A DNA stretch of 32,000 nt from Pasteurella multocida (GTDB lineage Bacteria > Pseudomonadota > Gammaproteobacteria > Enterobacterales > Pasteurellaceae). Of the stretch, positions 1 through 11,097 are shown piece by piece. Every line of letters starts with the position of its first letter. The stretch's first letter is position 1. The translations under genes were made by a program, and so were the position numbers. Under the pieces are notes generated by a model, which had not been told where the DNA came from, searched no databases, and saw nothing but the letters and a program-made list of their open reading frames with translations. The stretch covers positions 690,001 to 722,000 of the forward strand of contig NZ_LT906458.1 in the NCBI RefSeq assembly GCF_900187275.1. The letters are read 5' to 3'.

Positions 1-788
1 GCGAGTGCTGTTGCGGCATTAGCGAGTGGAATTTGACAACATGGCAAATTTTTCAACCGCACTTTTTGCCCACACCAATCCCAATGCTCCGCTTGTAAAC
101 GGAAATGCCAATCTTGATCACGACAAGAGATTTGGCATCCGAGTGACTTAGCATGCTCCAATAATCTTTGAGGAATATTAGGCTCTCCAATAATCGCTGG
201 TTTATGTGCACGGAAAATGCCTGCTTTCTCAAACCCGATTTGTTCGCGATCTGCCCCTAAAAAATCCACATGATCAATGTCTATACTGGTAATCACCGCC
301 ACATCACTATCAACAATATTAGTCGCGTCTAAACGTCCTCCCAATCCCACTTCTAAAATCACCACATCCAATTTCGCTTGCTTAAATAAATGCAAGGCAG
401 AAAGGGTGCTAAACTCAAAATAGGTTAACGATTCACGTTTATGTTGTTCAATAAAGGCAAAAGAAGCCGTATGCGCTTCATCTGGCAATTCTTGGTCTTG
501 AATACGTACGCGTTCATTATAGCGAAGCAAATGAGGGGAAGAATACACACCAACACGGTAGCCTGCCTTTAATAAAACGGTTTCCAATAAACGACACGTA
601 GTGCCTTTACCATTAGTACCACCCACCGTGATGACAAATGGTGCGGGCGTGAGCAAATCCAGCGCCTTGGCAACCGATTTAATTCTATCTAGCCCTAAAT
701 CAATGGCTTTAAAATGGCTGTTTTCCAAATAAGAAAGCCACTGCGCAAGAGGCGAAGTGGCTGTTAATGATACTGTAGAATTATTCAT
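1..788 (-). CDS. folC: Bifunctional folylpolyglutamate synthase/dihydrofolate synthase, N-terminal part (runs off window start)
   Basis: Minus-strand translation from the ATG at 788 reads [25 protein letters not shown]..., followed by the Mur-ligase-like ATP motif [13 protein letters not shown]. Overlaps the accD stop, as in the common accD-folC arrangement. Confidence 0.93.
   Translation of the reverse strand, partial: MNNSTVSLTATSPLAQWLSYLENSHFKAIDLGLDRIKSVAKALDLLTPAPFVITVGGTNGKGTTCRLLETVLLKAGYRVGVYSSPHLLRYNERVRIQDQELPDEAHTASFAFIEQHKRESLTYFEFSTLSALHLFKQAKLDVVILEVGLGGRLDATNIVDSDVAVITSIDIDHVDFLGADREQIGFEKAGIFRAHKPAIIGEPNIPQRLLEHAKSLGCQISCRDQDWHFRLQAEHWDWCGQKVRLKNLPCCQIPLANAATAL
56..64 (-). 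repeat. Hin-type DNA uptake signal core
   Basis: ACCGCACTT. Confidence 0.8.
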
Positions 789-1695
789 TATCGCTTTTAC
801 TTTGTTCTTCGTTTTCTACCAATTCAGGTTCCACAAAAGGCGATGGTTTATTGCTTAATTTGCTTAACACACTTGCTAACGTATGACGCATGTCAGCACG
901 CTTCACAATCATGTCAATTGCGCCTTTTTCAAGCAAAAATTCACTACGTTGGAAACCCTCAGGTAATTTTTCACGTACAGTTTGCTCAATCACACGCGGA
1001 CCAGCAAAACCTATTAACGCTTTCGGTTCTGCGATATTAATGTCACCCAGCATCGCAAAGCTCGCAGAAACACCACCTAACGTTGGATCGGTTAATACGG
1101 AAATAAATGGCACACCTTGTTCACGCATTTTGGCTAAGACAGCACTGGTTTTTGCCATTTGCATTAAAGAGAATAAGGCTTCTTGCATACGTGCGCCACC
1201 ACTGGCAGAGAAACACACAAAAGGACAGTTCTCAGCAATCGCTTTTTCTGCTGCTTGCACAAATTTTGCGCCCACAACTGAGCCCATTGAGCCACCCATA
1301 AAGCTAAAGTTAGAGGCAGCGGCGACAATTGGCATACCGTATAAAGTGCCAAACATTGAAATTAATGCGTCTTTTTCACCCGTTTCTTTTTGTGCTGCGG
1401 AAATCCGATCTTTATATTTTTTTAAGTCTTTAAATTTTAAGATATCTTTTGGTTCAAGTTCCGCAGATAATTCTTGGCTACTGTCTTTATCTAAAAGTGC
1501 CAAAAGACGTTCTCTCGCATCAATACGCATATGATGTCCACATTTTGGACAAACTTCTAAATGACGTCTTAACTCATCACGATACAACACTTGCTCACAA
1601 GAAGTACATTTAGTCCAAACGCCCTCAGGAACGTTCGCTTTACGCGAGCTTGTGGAAGAAGTATCTTTATTAAAAATTCGATCAATCCAACTCAT
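781..1695 (-). CDS. accD: Acetyl-CoA carboxylase carboxyltransferase subunit beta
   Basis: 304-aa ORF with N-terminal zinc ribbon ([26 protein letters not shown]) and the conserved carboxyltransferase core ([33 protein letters not shown]). Confidence 0.97.
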   Translation of the reverse strand: MSWIDRIFNKDTSSTSSRKANVPEGVWTKCTSCEQVLYRDELRRHLEVCPKCGHHMRIDARERLLALLDKDSSQELSAELEPKDILKFKDLKKYKDRISAAQKETGEKDALISMFGTLYGMPIVAAASNFSFMGGSMGSVVGAKFVQAAEKAIAENCPFVCFSASGGARMQEALFSLMQMAKTSAVLAKMREQGVPFISVLTDPTLGGVSASFAMLGDINIAEPKALIGFAGPRVIEQTVREKLPEGFQRSEFLLEKGAIDMIVKRADMRHTLASVLSKLSNKPSPFVEPELVENEEQSKSDNE

Positions 1696-1778
1696 GTTAA
1701 CCCTTTTTATTAACGAGAAAATTCGATGTATTACACCATAATTTAAGGCAATATGCTAGCAATAAAGGTCTGATGTGA

Positions 1779-2573
1779 CTAGCCTAATTCATTTTCTAAA
1801 AACAAAGGCCCTAACGCATTTTGAGGTAACTGAAATTGCGTAGGATAACTCACATTAACCAAATAAAGCCCTTCCGGTTTTGCGGTGGGTGCCGCTAATC
1901 TGCGATCTTTTTGCGCCAGCAACCACCCTATCCATTCTACAGGTTGATGACCCGCGCCGACTTCAATCAGACTGCCCACAATATTGCGCACCATGTGATG
2001 AACAAATGCATTGGCTTGGATATCCACAATAATATATTGCCCACGTCGCACCACTTTTAAATGATGAACATTGCGAAATGGTGTATGTGATTGACATTGT
2101 GCTGCACGAAAAGAAGAAAAGTCTTGTTCACCTAATAACGCTTGTCCCGCTTGATGCATCAAGTGGTGATCTAAGTCTAAATGACAATGTGTGACACCTT
2201 CAGGCAAAATTGCCGAGCGCAATTTATTACAATACAAAATATAGCGATAACGGCGTGCAGTAGCACTAAACCGGGCATGAAAATCATCAGTAACACATTT
2301 TGCCCAGCTCACTGAAATATCATCAGGCAAATTCGCATTCACACCAAAACTCCATGCTTTTTCTGCCCGAATGGCATCGGTTTCAAAATGCACAACTTGC
2401 CCTGTGGCATGCACCCCTGAATCCGTTCGCCCTGCACAAAAAATCTGACAGGGTTGGTTAGCGACAAAAGAAATCGCTTTTTCTAACTGCTCTTGTACAC
2501 TCGCCACATTTTCCTGACGCTGCCAACCACAATAATTTTTTCCGTTATATTGAATGCCTAATGCAATTTTCAT
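1779..2573 (-). CDS. truA: tRNA pseudouridine(38-40) synthase
   Basis: 264-aa ORF with the [18 protein letters not shown] catalytic motif and the [12 protein letters not shown] motif of TruA. Confidence 0.96.
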   Translation of the reverse strand: MKIALGIQYNGKNYCGWQRQENVASVQEQLEKAISFVANQPCQIFCAGRTDSGVHATGQVVHFETDAIRAEKAWSFGVNANLPDDISVSWAKCVTDDFHARFSATARRYRYILYCNKLRSAILPEGVTHCHLDLDHHLMHQAGQALLGEQDFSSFRAAQCQSHTPFRNVHHLKVVRRGQYIIVDIQANAFVHHMVRNIVGSLIEVGAGHQPVEWIGWLLAQKDRRLAAPTAKPEGLYLVNVSYPTQFQLPQNALGPLFLENELG

Positions 2574-2690
2574 GGTTTATATATCTTTTTAAATAGGATG
2601 CTGTAAAACACCCTATTATAGAGGAGATTTACGCTAGCGATAAGCAGAAAAATCAGGCACAATTTGAGTCAGGTCGTTTAAAATCAACAA

Positions 2691-2699
2691 AAGTGCGGT
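2691..2699 (+). repeat. Hin-type DNA uptake signal core
   Basis: AAGTGCGGT, intergenic, followed by CAATTTTC. Confidence 0.85.
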
Positions 2700-2730
2700 C
2701 AATTTTCCTCACTTTTTTCAAGGATACAAA

Positions 2731-3573
2731 ATGAAAGTCGGTTTAGTATTAGAAGGTGGTGGCATGCGTGCCATGTTCACTGCTGGTGTGTTAGATGTGT
2801 TTCTAACTGAAAATGTGCAGGTTGATGGGATTGTTGCCGTATCCGCGGGCGTCTTATTTGGGGTAAATTATCCTGCAAAGCAATATGGACGGGCTCTGCG
2901 CTACAATAAAAAATATCTCAATGATAAACGCTACATGGGCTGGCATAGCTTGCTCACAACCGGCAATATTGTTAATAAAGATTTTGCTTTTTATGAATTA
3001 CCTTTCACCTTAGATCCTTTTGATGCCGAAACATTTCGCCAATTGAAAATTGATTTTTATGCCACTTTAACCAATGTGCAAACAGGCGAAGCGGAATATG
3101 TCAAATTAGACGATGTGTTTAATGAAATGGAAGTACTGCGCGCTACATCAGCGATGCCTTTTGTTTCCAAAATGGTAGAGATCAATGGACAATACTATCT
3201 TGATGGTGGCATTGCCGATAGTATCCCACTCAAAAAATGTCAAGCATTAGGCTATGACAAAATTATTGTGGTGTTAACTCGCCCATTAGAATACCGTAAA
3301 AAAACCACACCTTCTTGGATCTTTAACCTCTTTTATCGTGACTATCCTCACTTAGTGGAAAAACTGAAAACACGTTACCAAAATTACAATGATACCGTAG
3401 AGGAAATTATTCGGCTTAATAACAACAAAGACATTTTTGTTATTCGTCCTTCTCATCACTTACCTATCAGCCGTATTGAAAAAGATGTTGAGAAAGTGCA
3501 AGCGATGTATGATCTGGGGGTTACCGATGCTAAACGTGAAATGGCGGCACTTAAAGCATTTTTAAGCCGTTAA
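2731..3573 (+). CDS. Patatin-like phospholipase family protein (YjjU-like)
   Basis: Begins MKVGLVLEGGGMRAMFTAGVLD (oxyanion-hole glycine motif). Has a serine elbow (VAVSAGV) and the DGG motif (YYLDGGIADSIP). Confidence 0.88.
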   Translation: MKVGLVLEGGGMRAMFTAGVLDVFLTENVQVDGIVAVSAGVLFGVNYPAKQYGRALRYNKKYLNDKRYMGWHSLLTTGNIVNKDFAFYELPFTLDPFDAETFRQLKIDFYATLTNVQTGEAEYVKLDDVFNEMEVLRATSAMPFVSKMVEINGQYYLDGGIADSIPLKKCQALGYDKIIVVLTRPLEYRKKTTPSWIFNLFYRDYPHLVEKLKTRYQNYNDTVEEIIRLNNNKDIFVIRPSHHLPISRIEKDVEKVQAMYDLGVTDAKREMAALKAFLSR

Positions 3574-3594
3574 GATGGAAAAAACATAAAAAAG

Positions 3595-3626
3595 AAAAGC
3601 CCAATAAGCGAACTTATTGGGCTTTT
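3595..3626 (-). terminator. Rho-independent terminator downstream of rplY
   Basis: Perfect 14-bp inverted repeat AAAAGCCCAATAAG/CTTATTGGGCTTTT with a 4-nt loop that reads TTCG on the minus strand. May act bidirectionally. Confidence 0.88.
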
Positions 3627-3641
3627 GCATCATGCGATTAA

Positions 3642-3926
3642 TTAAACACGTTTGAAATCGATGTGAACTAATTTTGGTTTGAATGGGTGACGTTGCATCG
3701 CTTGTGCTTTCACTGCAACTTCTTTCCCTTCAATCACTAATGTAATAACATCAGTGTAGAATGCATCATGAACTTGTGCGTTATTTAAATCATCGTGGTT
3801 TAAGACGATTGAAACAGGCGCTTCGCTACCACCGTAAACGATTGCAGGAATTTGACCATTATGACGCAGGCGGCGGCTCGCACCCTTACCTTGCGATTGA
3901 CGAACTTCAGCATTAAATTTAAACAT
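3642..3926 (-). CDS. rplY: 50S ribosomal protein L25, short form
   Basis: 94-aa [36 protein letters not shown]..., typical L25/Ctc N-terminal domain. Confidence 0.95.
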   Translation of the reverse strand: MFKFNAEVRQSQGKGASRRLRHNGQIPAIVYGGSEAPVSIVLNHDDLNNAQVHDAFYTDVITLVIEGKEVAVKAQAMQRHPFKPKLVHIDFKRV

Positions 3927-4143
3927 TTTTCGCTATCTCATAGTTAATAGTAAAAGACAAAAATCGCAGGCGACCCAGCGATTTTCCATAAATCAGCTCA
4001 AAGCAAGCTACTTCGAGGCGCTAGATTATATTTGATTTGCCCCAACAAATCAAACAGAAAATACCACTGACTTTTTTCGCGACTTTATGCAAAAAACGCG
4101 CTAGAATAGCAGACCGTTTTTTATTGTAAATTGAGTGCTTGTA

Positions 4144-4758
4144 ATGGATATCCTAATTTCATTTTTCTCTGATTATGGTTATTTTGCCGTCTTATTTGTA
4201 CTGATTCTTTGTGGATTCGGTTTGCCGATTCCAGAAGATATTACTTTAGTGTCTGGTGGCGTGATTGCGGGTTTATACCCAAACGATGTCAATGTCCATG
4301 TCATGCTAGGGGTGAGTATGTTTGGCGTATTGGCGGGTGACTCCTGTATGTATTGGCTAGGACGTTTTTATGGCGCCAAAATTTTACGCTTTCGTTTCAT
4401 GCGTAAATTAATCACCGTCAAACGTTTAAGGCTCGTCAGAGAGAAGTTTGAAAAATATGGTAACCGTGTATTGTTTACAGCACGTTTCTTACCCGGTCTT
4501 AGAGCGGTGATTTATATGGTATCGGGAATTACTCGCCGTGTCAGTTATACGCGCTTTTTACTGATTGATTTCTTTGCCGCCATTATTTCTGTTCCCATTT
4601 GGGTTTATTTGGGCTTTTTCGGTGCGCAAAATTTAGATTGGTTACATGAACAAATCCACAAAGGTCAACTTGTGATTTATATTTTAATTTTTGCCTTGGC
4701 GATTTTCCTATTATGGAAATGGAAAAAGAATAAAAAAGCCAAAATGAATATGGAATAA
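4144..4758 (+). CDS. DedA-family (SNARE-associated/VTT domain) inner-membrane protein
   Basis: Hydrophobic ORF with FGLPIPEDITLVSGGVIAG and FTARFLPGLRAVIYMVSGI motifs characteristic of DedA proteins. The ORF track starts at a GTG at 4135; the ATG at 4144 seems more likely. Confidence 0.88.
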   Translation: MDILISFFSDYGYFAVLFVLILCGFGLPIPEDITLVSGGVIAGLYPNDVNVHVMLGVSMFGVLAGDSCMYWLGRFYGAKILRFRFMRKLITVKRLRLVREKFEKYGNRVLFTARFLPGLRAVIYMVSGITRRVSYTRFLLIDFFAAIISVPIWVYLGFFGAQNLDWLHEQIHKGQLVIYILIFALAIFLLWKWKKNKKAKMNME

Positions 4759-4773
4759 GTTCATTTTCCGATC

Positions 4774-4810
4774 AAAAAAAGCGTTTTGTGAAAGATAAAA
4801 CGCTTTTTTT
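4774..4810. terminator. Bidirectional intrinsic terminator between the convergent DedA and bioD genes
   Basis: Perfect 14-bp arms AAAAAAAGCGTTTT/AAAACGCTTTTTTT with a 9-nt loop. Confidence 0.88.
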
Positions 4811-4825
4811 GCCTTGAATGTTGCA

Positions 4826-5560
4826 CTAATCTGCTAAAACAGTTTCCATATAGGTTAAGCGATCGAGATTATGAATATAACGTGCTAAGTCTTGTTCTTC
4901 CGGCTTATGTAAATACGGAATTTGCCCCAATAAAGGAGCATCAATTTTTTCACTGAGCAAATCAATAATCTCGGCATAATGTCCTAAACAGGGATTAATT
5001 CGATTAGCAATCCAACCTAATAATGGCAAACCTTTCTGTTGTATAGATTCGACTGTTAATAACGCATGGTTAAGACACCCCTCTTTAATTCCCACGACCA
5101 ATACAACAGGCATTTGATGTGATTTTGCCCAATCTGCAAAGCAATACGTTTTATTAATGGGCGTTAGCCAACCATAGCTGCCTTCGACTAAAACAGATTG
5201 ATACTTTTGATTTAAACGAGCTAAATCCGCATCCATTTTTTCAATGCGAATATGTTTACCTTGAACAGAAAAAACGGGAAGGCTGTGGCGAAAGGTATAA
5301 CTATTGATTTCCTGATAACTTACTTTTTCGTGAGTTGATTTCATCAGTGTTAGCACATCACTATTATCTTGTGAATCGTAATCACTTTCTGCGGCTTGTT
5401 GATTTTCCATATCGGTATAAACACATTCTTCTCGACTAAAGGCAACTGGTTTATAGCCCACAATTTGGATACCTTGATTTTGTAAAGCTTGTATAATGGC
5501 TCGACTTGCGACTGTTTTACCTACATTAGTATCCGTGCCTGTCAGAAAAAAACTGCTCAT
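4826..5560 (-). CDS. bioD: Dethiobiotin synthetase
   Basis: 244-aa ORF starting MSSFFLTGTDTNVGKT (P-loop GTDTNVGKT), followed by GYKPVA and VEGSYGW. Confidence 0.9.
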   Translation of the reverse strand: MSSFFLTGTDTNVGKTVASRAIIQALQNQGIQIVGYKPVAFSREECVYTDMENQQAAESDYDSQDNSDVLTLMKSTHEKVSYQEINSYTFRHSLPVFSVQGKHIRIEKMDADLARLNQKYQSVLVEGSYGWLTPINKTYCFADWAKSHQMPVVLVVGIKEGCLNHALLTVESIQQKGLPLLGWIANRINPCLGHYAEIIDLLSEKIDAPLLGQIPYLHKPEEQDLARYIHNLDRLTYMETVLAD

Positions 5561-5681
5561 GGTTTATCCCCTTGTTATTTCTTAATGCAAGATCTTAAAG
5601 CAATCACGCAAAAAAAATGTTGAGATAACACAACTTTTTCTCAGAAATTATTCCCTTTTAGCACAAGAGGAAAAATAAAAA

Positions 5682-5713
5682 AGCACTGTTTGATATAAAT
5701 CAAAAACAGTGCT
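5682..5713 (-). terminator. Probable terminator downstream of the ROK regulator
   Basis: AGCACTGTTT/AAACAGTGCT stem. Minus-strand continuation is T-rich (TTTTTTATTTTTCC). Confidence 0.72.
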
Positions 5714-5724
5714 GAATAAAAAAC

Positions 5725-6936
5725 TTAGTGCTTAATAAAATGCCCAAGCAAGCTACCGTCATAGATACCTTGTTTAATCGCCGCCGCTGCAACTACTAGT
5801 GTATTCCATTCATAGCGTCCGGTAATCACTTCAACATGAGGGTAATCTGCGCCTAAATTTGTTTTGAGCGTTTGATTCACACGAGGAAGAAAAACTTCTT
5901 TTGCACTTAAAAAACTCGAACTTAACATGATTTTCTCAGAATCAAAAATATTGACAAGATTCATTAAAATATATGCCAGACTATCTGCAACATAATGCAG
6001 AATTTGTTGAGCTTGTGGATTCTGCGCATTCGCTTTCTGACATAAAAATTCAATTTCACTTTGTGCTAAGGTCGCTTCTGGGAAATAATGCGTAATTAAA
6101 GGGTAAATGGCTTTATGGGTAACTTGATGTTGGAGTTGATAACGTTCAAGATCCGCTAAATGTGGGCTAATCAGGTCTTGTAAAGGGCTTATCTTCGGTA
6201 CAATCATTTTATTGATATGACTTCTGACTTGATGCTGATGAGTTAAGAGCTCGCCTTTAGACAATACACTAAAATTAATCACATCATCCAACTGTAGGAA
6301 TAACACATTATCGCAATTAATCACACTTCCTAATGTTGACTCTGCCATTAACCAAGTTTGGAAATATTCCGTCACTAATACAGGCACTTTAAAATACGGT
6401 TTAAATAGGCTTTCTAAATCAAGATCAAGGTTGACATCGCCTAACTTTATCAATCGATTTTTACTATCAAGCTCGCCACCAACCGCAATGGAAAAAGTAA
6501 TTAAATGATTTAGTTCATGTTGGGTTTCAAAAAGAAATTGTTGTAAATATTGGACTAATACCTGATCTAAGTGCACTAAATCGGAGGTGGTTAAAGGATA
6601 GCTTTTACTTTTTATTTCACCGCCATCTAATTCACTTAGAATCAGTTCAAAACGGTTTTCAACCAAGGTAGCACATAAAGATTGCCAATAAAAAGGTGAA
6701 ACACATAATCCAATGGCAGGACGCCCACGACTTTCTGTATTTTGAACGGCACGCTCGACAATCAATTTTTCTTTGATTAATTCGCGTGTCAATGCCGTAA
6801 TGGTCGCTGGTGCTAAACGTGAAAGTTTTGATAAATCTATACGAGAAATTTCTTCAAATTGTTCAACTAAACGATAAATTTTACCAAGCTGTGTCAAGCG
6901 TAATGGTAATTTATCCTCTTTTCTAATTTTTGGCAT
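5725..6936 (-). CDS. ROK-family transcriptional regulator, Mlc/NagC-like
   Basis: N-terminal winged HTH (ISRIDLSKLSRLAPATITALTRELIKEKLIVE) closely resembling Mlc, followed by a ROK domain. The ORF track starts at a TTG at 6951; the in-frame ATG at 6936 is an alternative. Confidence 0.85.
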   Translation of the reverse strand: MPKIRKEDKLPLRLTQLGKIYRLVEQFEEISRIDLSKLSRLAPATITALTRELIKEKLIVERAVQNTESRGRPAIGLCVSPFYWQSLCATLVENRFELILSELDGGEIKSKSYPLTTSDLVHLDQVLVQYLQQFLFETQHELNHLITFSIAVGGELDSKNRLIKLGDVNLDLDLESLFKPYFKVPVLVTEYFQTWLMAESTLGSVINCDNVLFLQLDDVINFSVLSKGELLTHQHQVRSHINKMIVPKISPLQDLISPHLADLERYQLQHQVTHKAIYPLITHYFPEATLAQSEIEFLCQKANAQNPQAQQILHYVADSLAYILMNLVNIFDSEKIMLSSSFLSAKEVFLPRVNQTLKTNLGADYPHVEVITGRYEWNTLVVAAAAIKQGIYDGSLLGHFIKH

Positions 6937-7230
6937 AACTGTAATACTCAATATATCAATGATGTAACATCACGTTGTTATTTCAAACAATTCACAACGC
7001 CTACTCTTTCGTTCGTATTGCGTATTAACGCAGCATATTCTACTCACATAGAAAATGGTCGATTTGTACTTATAACCAGTTACATTAATAAAAACAAGCA
7101 CTTTAATTCAATTATGGGATCTATTTCACAAAAACAAAAAATTTAATAGATTTTGTGAATTCGACTAAGTTGAGGTAAACTATGTCGGTTTATTTCTTCA
7201 CAAAAAATTTGTTGAAAATTGAGGTTTTAT

Positions 7231-8634
7231 ATGACTAAAGTCGCATCTATTGTAGATGTTTTACAAGGCAAAATTGCCATTGGTGAAACCGTCACTGTCC
7301 GTGGCTGGATTCGTACTCGCCGTGACTCAAAAGCAGGTCTTTCTTTTTTGGCCATTTATGATGGTTCTTGCTTTGATCCTATCCAAGCAATTGTCAATAA
7401 TGATATTGAAAATTACGAAACAGAAGTGTTGCGTTTAACAACCGGCTGTTCTGTTATTGTAACAGGTACTGTTGTAGAATCCCCTGCTGAAGGTCAAGCT
7501 GTTGAATTACAAGCAGAAAAAGTCGAGGTTGCAGGTTGGGTTGAGGACCCAGAAACATATCCAATGGCGGCAAAACGTCACTCAATTGAATATTTACGTG
7601 AAGTGGCTCATTTACGCCCTCGTACCAATATTATTGGCGCAGTCGCACGTGTTCGTCACTGCTTAGCACAAGCCATCCACCGTTTTTTCCATGAACAAGG
7701 TTTCTATTGGGTAGCGACGCCATTAATTACCGCATCAGATACCGAAGGGGCAGGCGAAATGTTCCGTGTGTCCACTCTCGACTTAGAAAATCTGCCACGT
7801 GATGACAAAGGTGCGGTCGATTTTTCACAAGATTTCTTTGGAAAAGAATCTTTCTTAACGGTATCCGGGCAATTAAATGGTGAAACCTATGCCTGTGCTT
7901 TAAGTAAAATTTACACTTTCGGTCCAACATTCCGTGCAGAAAACTCCAATACAACACGCCACTTAGCTGAATTCTGGATGGTTGAACCAGAAATTGCCTT
8001 TGCGACTCTGGCCGATAACGCGAAATTAGCCGAGGATATGTTAAAGTATGTATTCCGTGCAGTACTTGAAGAACGCAAAGATGACTTAAAATTCTTTGAA
8101 AAACATGTCGATAACGACGTTATTAGCCGTTTAGAAAATTTCATCAATTCAGATTTCGCGCAAATTGACTATACTGATGCAATTGAGGTGTTATTACAAT
8201 CAGGTAAGAAATTTGAATTCCCAGTTTCTTGGGGGATCGACTTATCCTCTGAACATGAACGTTATTTAGCGGAAGAACACTTTAAATCGCCAGTTGTGGT
8301 TAAAAACTATCCGAAAGACATCAAGGCTTTCTATATGCGCTTAAATGATGACGGAAAAACCGTCGCAGCAATGGATGTGTTAGCACCGGGTATTGGTGAA
8401 ATTATCGGCGGTTCACAACGTGAAGAACGTTTAGACGTGCTGGATAAACGAATGATCGAAATGGGACTCAACCCAGAAGATTACTGGTGGTATCGCGATT
8501 TACGCCGTTATGGCACCGTACCACACGCTGGTTTTGGTTTAGGTTTTGAACGTTTAATCGTGTATGTTACTGGCGTACAAAATATTCGTGATGTGATCCC
8601 ATTCCCACGTTCACCGCGTAATGCAAACTTCTAA
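7231..8634 (+). CDS. asnS: Asparaginyl-tRNA synthetase
   Basis: 467-aa product from the ATG at 7231, preceded by GAGG. Class II aaRS motifs: [22 protein letters not shown]-type segment, [25 protein letters not shown], and [15 protein letters not shown]. Confidence 0.97.
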   Translation: MTKVASIVDVLQGKIAIGETVTVRGWIRTRRDSKAGLSFLAIYDGSCFDPIQAIVNNDIENYETEVLRLTTGCSVIVTGTVVESPAEGQAVELQAEKVEVAGWVEDPETYPMAAKRHSIEYLREVAHLRPRTNIIGAVARVRHCLAQAIHRFFHEQGFYWVATPLITASDTEGAGEMFRVSTLDLENLPRDDKGAVDFSQDFFGKESFLTVSGQLNGETYACALSKIYTFGPTFRAENSNTTRHLAEFWMVEPEIAFATLADNAKLAEDMLKYVFRAVLEERKDDLKFFEKHVDNDVISRLENFINSDFAQIDYTDAIEVLLQSGKKFEFPVSWGIDLSSEHERYLAEEHFKSPVVVKNYPKDIKAFYMRLNDDGKTVAAMDVLAPGIGEIIGGSQREERLDVLDKRMIEMGLNPEDYWWYRDLRRYGTVPHAGFGLGFERLIVYVTGVQNIRDVIPFPRSPRNANF

Positions 8635-8694
8635 ACAAACTTAACACTGCTGATTCCCCTTATATTATTAAGGGGAATTTTTTAGGTCACCTGA

Positions 8695-11052
8695 ATGGCT
8701 CGCTTACGTAAAAACTGTATTTTATCACTACTTTATACCGCACTTTTACTTGCCTGCGTGGTGACCATTGTTCGCCTTTTACCTTACTCCCCATTAAAAG
8801 ATCATTTCCCCTATTCCAGCGCAGTTTATGACGAGCAACAAAATTTGTTACGCCTCACCACCGCCAAAGATGAGAAATACCGTCTATGGACACCTCTCCA
8901 TGATATCTCCCCGAAACTTGTTGATGCGGTGCTTTTTCAGGAAGATGAATGGTTTTATTGGCATTTTGGTGTTAATCCTTACGGGCTATTGCGTGGGGCT
9001 TGGCAAACCTACATTTTAGGCAACTCACCACAAGGTGGATCAACGATTACTATGCAACTGGCTCGTGTCTTATGGGCTATTGACAGCCGAAGTCTATTAG
9101 GCAAAACAGAACAAATCTTACGCGCAATCCAACTGGAAATACGTTACTCAAAAAAAGAGATTTTAGAGGCTTATTTGAATTTTGCCCCTTATGGCAGAAA
9201 TATTGAAGGGGCGGGAACCGCCAGTTTAATCTACTTTAATAAAGCCAATCATAAGATGAATTTGGCTGAAGCGCTTACCTTAGCGATTTTACCAAAGAAT
9301 CCGAACAGCTATATTCGTCAAAATAATCAACAGCTGAATTCTGCTTTATTCAAGGCACGTAACCAACTTTACCAACGTTGGATAACACAATACCCTGCTG
9401 ATCAACAATGGCAAACAGATTTTCAACTCAATTATCCACTGCGACCACTCGAAAAACTACCGTTTTTTGCACCGCACTTTGTTGATCAATTACTACAACA
9501 ATATCCTGAACAAACGCATATTGTCAGTACGCTCAATAGCTCTCAACAGCGATTAATTGAGCGTATTACACGTCGCTATTTATCCCAACAATACACTAAA
9601 GGAATAGAAAATGTCGCAGTACTATTAGTGGATAATCGCGATATGGCAGTAAAAGCCTTGATCGGTTCGGGTAACTATTTTAATCCAGCTATTTCGGGAC
9701 AAATTAATGGTACTTTAGCTAACCGCTCTTATGGTTCAACGTTAAAACCTTTTATTTACGCATTGGCGTTTGATCAAGGTTTAGCCCACGGCAAAACCGT
9801 TTTAAAAGATTTGCCAACGACCTTTGGTGATTACCAGCCCGAAAATTACGAAGGCAATTTTTTAGGTCCCGTCAGTGTTACTCAGGCGTTATTACAAAGC
9901 CGCAATATTCCTGCTATTGATCTTGCCAAACAACTTAACCCCGATCTTTACGACTTTCTCCAACAAGCAGATATCAAACTACCCAAAAGTAAAAGCTATT
10001 ATGGCTTATCTCTAGTATTAGGCGGTGCTGAATTAAATCTACAACAGTTAGCCAGTTTATATGCGATGTTAGCCAATCAAGGGAGATGGCAACCGTTGAA
10101 ATTCAACCAACGAGATAGTCTTCCTGCGCCTAAAACCGTATTAAGTCAAGAAAGTGCGGTCATGATTCATGATATTTTGCGGCAAAATTTTCGCACAGAT
10201 GTGCAAAATAAATCGATTAAGACTGCATTACCGCTCTATTGGAAGACCGGCACGTCAAATGGGCTACGTGATGCGTGGACGGCAGGTTACTTTGGACACT
10301 ATACTCTTGTGGTTTGGTTTGGTAATTTTAACAATAAAAATAACCCGCATTTTATTGGGCGTACTTTGGCTGCCCCTTTGTTCTTACAACTGGCAGACAG
10401 TCTGATTGCTAGCGAGCCTCAAATGCGTGACATTGTCACTGAAAATATCAATCAACTCAATTTAAAACATGTCCTCGTTTGTCAGGCGGACGGAAATCTA
10501 CCGAATGCCTATTGTCAACAACAAATCAACACCCTGTTTATTCCCGGAAAATCACCGATTACCATCAGCCAGCTTTATCAGCCTTTTACGGTACTCAAAA
10601 ATAGCGACATGTTGGCATGTTCAACACATGATAAAGCCGAAACGGAACAAAAAATTTATGAAATGTGGTCAAGTGATTTTCAACAGATTTTTGCGCAAGC
10701 TGGCGTCATGAAAAGAATGCCGATCATAAATACGGCTTGTCCTTATGAACAACAACACCAAGCCTTACAAAATCTACACCATAATAATCCGCAAATCGTT
10801 TCGCCATTAGCACAACGTCATTATTATATTGAACATGACAACCCAAAAAGCCCTTTACTTCTGTCAGCTATTGCTGCGGGTGAAGTCAAAAAATTATACT
10901 GGTTTGTCAATAATAGTTTTATTGGTGAAGCCTTGCCACAGCAACCCCTTTTTTGGCAACCTAGGTCAGCAGGCTATTATACGATCTCGGTGACAGATGA
11001 TTACGGCAGAAGCACAAGCCTTTCCATTAATGTGCTACTGAAAGGATTTTAA
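8695..11052 (+). CDS. pbpC: Penicillin-binding protein 1C (peptidoglycan glycosyltransferase/transpeptidase)
   Basis: 785-aa ORF. N-terminal TM; GT51 motifs (FQEDEWFYWHFGVNPYGLLRG, GGSTITMQLAR); transpeptidase STLK (SYGSTLKPFIYAL) and KTG (YWKTGTSNGLRDAW); C-terminal extension typical of PBP1C. Confidence 0.93.
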   Translation: MARLRKNCILSLLYTALLLACVVTIVRLLPYSPLKDHFPYSSAVYDEQQNLLRLTTAKDEKYRLWTPLHDISPKLVDAVLFQEDEWFYWHFGVNPYGLLRGAWQTYILGNSPQGGSTITMQLARVLWAIDSRSLLGKTEQILRAIQLEIRYSKKEILEAYLNFAPYGRNIEGAGTASLIYFNKANHKMNLAEALTLAILPKNPNSYIRQNNQQLNSALFKARNQLYQRWITQYPADQQWQTDFQLNYPLRPLEKLPFFAPHFVDQLLQQYPEQTHIVSTLNSSQQRLIERITRRYLSQQYTKGIENVAVLLVDNRDMAVKALIGSGNYFNPAISGQINGTLANRSYGSTLKPFIYALAFDQGLAHGKTVLKDLPTTFGDYQPENYEGNFLGPVSVTQALLQSRNIPAIDLAKQLNPDLYDFLQQADIKLPKSKSYYGLSLVLGGAELNLQQLASLYAMLANQGRWQPLKFNQRDSLPAPKTVLSQESAVMIHDILRQNFRTDVQNKSIKTALPLYWKTGTSNGLRDAWTAGYFGHYTLVVWFGNFNNKNNPHFIGRTLAAPLFLQLADSLIASEPQMRDIVTENINQLNLKHVLVCQADGNLPNAYCQQQINTLFIPGKSPITISQLYQPFTVLKNSDMLACSTHDKAETEQKIYEMWSSDFQQIFAQAGVMKRMPIINTACPYEQQHQALQNLHHNNPQIVSPLAQRHYYIEHDNPKSPLLLSAIAAGEVKKLYWFVNNSFIGEALPQQPLFWQPRSAGYYTISVTDDYGRSTSLSINVLLKGF
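8737..8745 (-). repeat. Hin-type DNA uptake signal core
   Basis: ACCGCACTT within pbpC. Confidence 0.8.
10152..10160 (+). repeat. Hin-type DNA uptake signal core
   Basis: AAGTGCGGT within pbpC. Confidence 0.8.
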
Positions 11053-11087
11053 AAAGCCCCAACGCATTTACTTGCTATGGGGCTTTT
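11052..11087. terminator. Terminator between convergent pbpC and rsmI
   Basis: AAAAGCCCCA/TGGGGCTTTT arms, 10 bp, with a 16-nt loop. Confidence 0.72.
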
Positions 11088-11097
11088 AGCCAGAACT

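Noticed and set aside
890-1534. 214-aa plus-strand ORF antisense to accD
   Set aside because: Fully overlaps the clearly coding accD on the opposite strand and has no family-like motifs; a shadow ORF.
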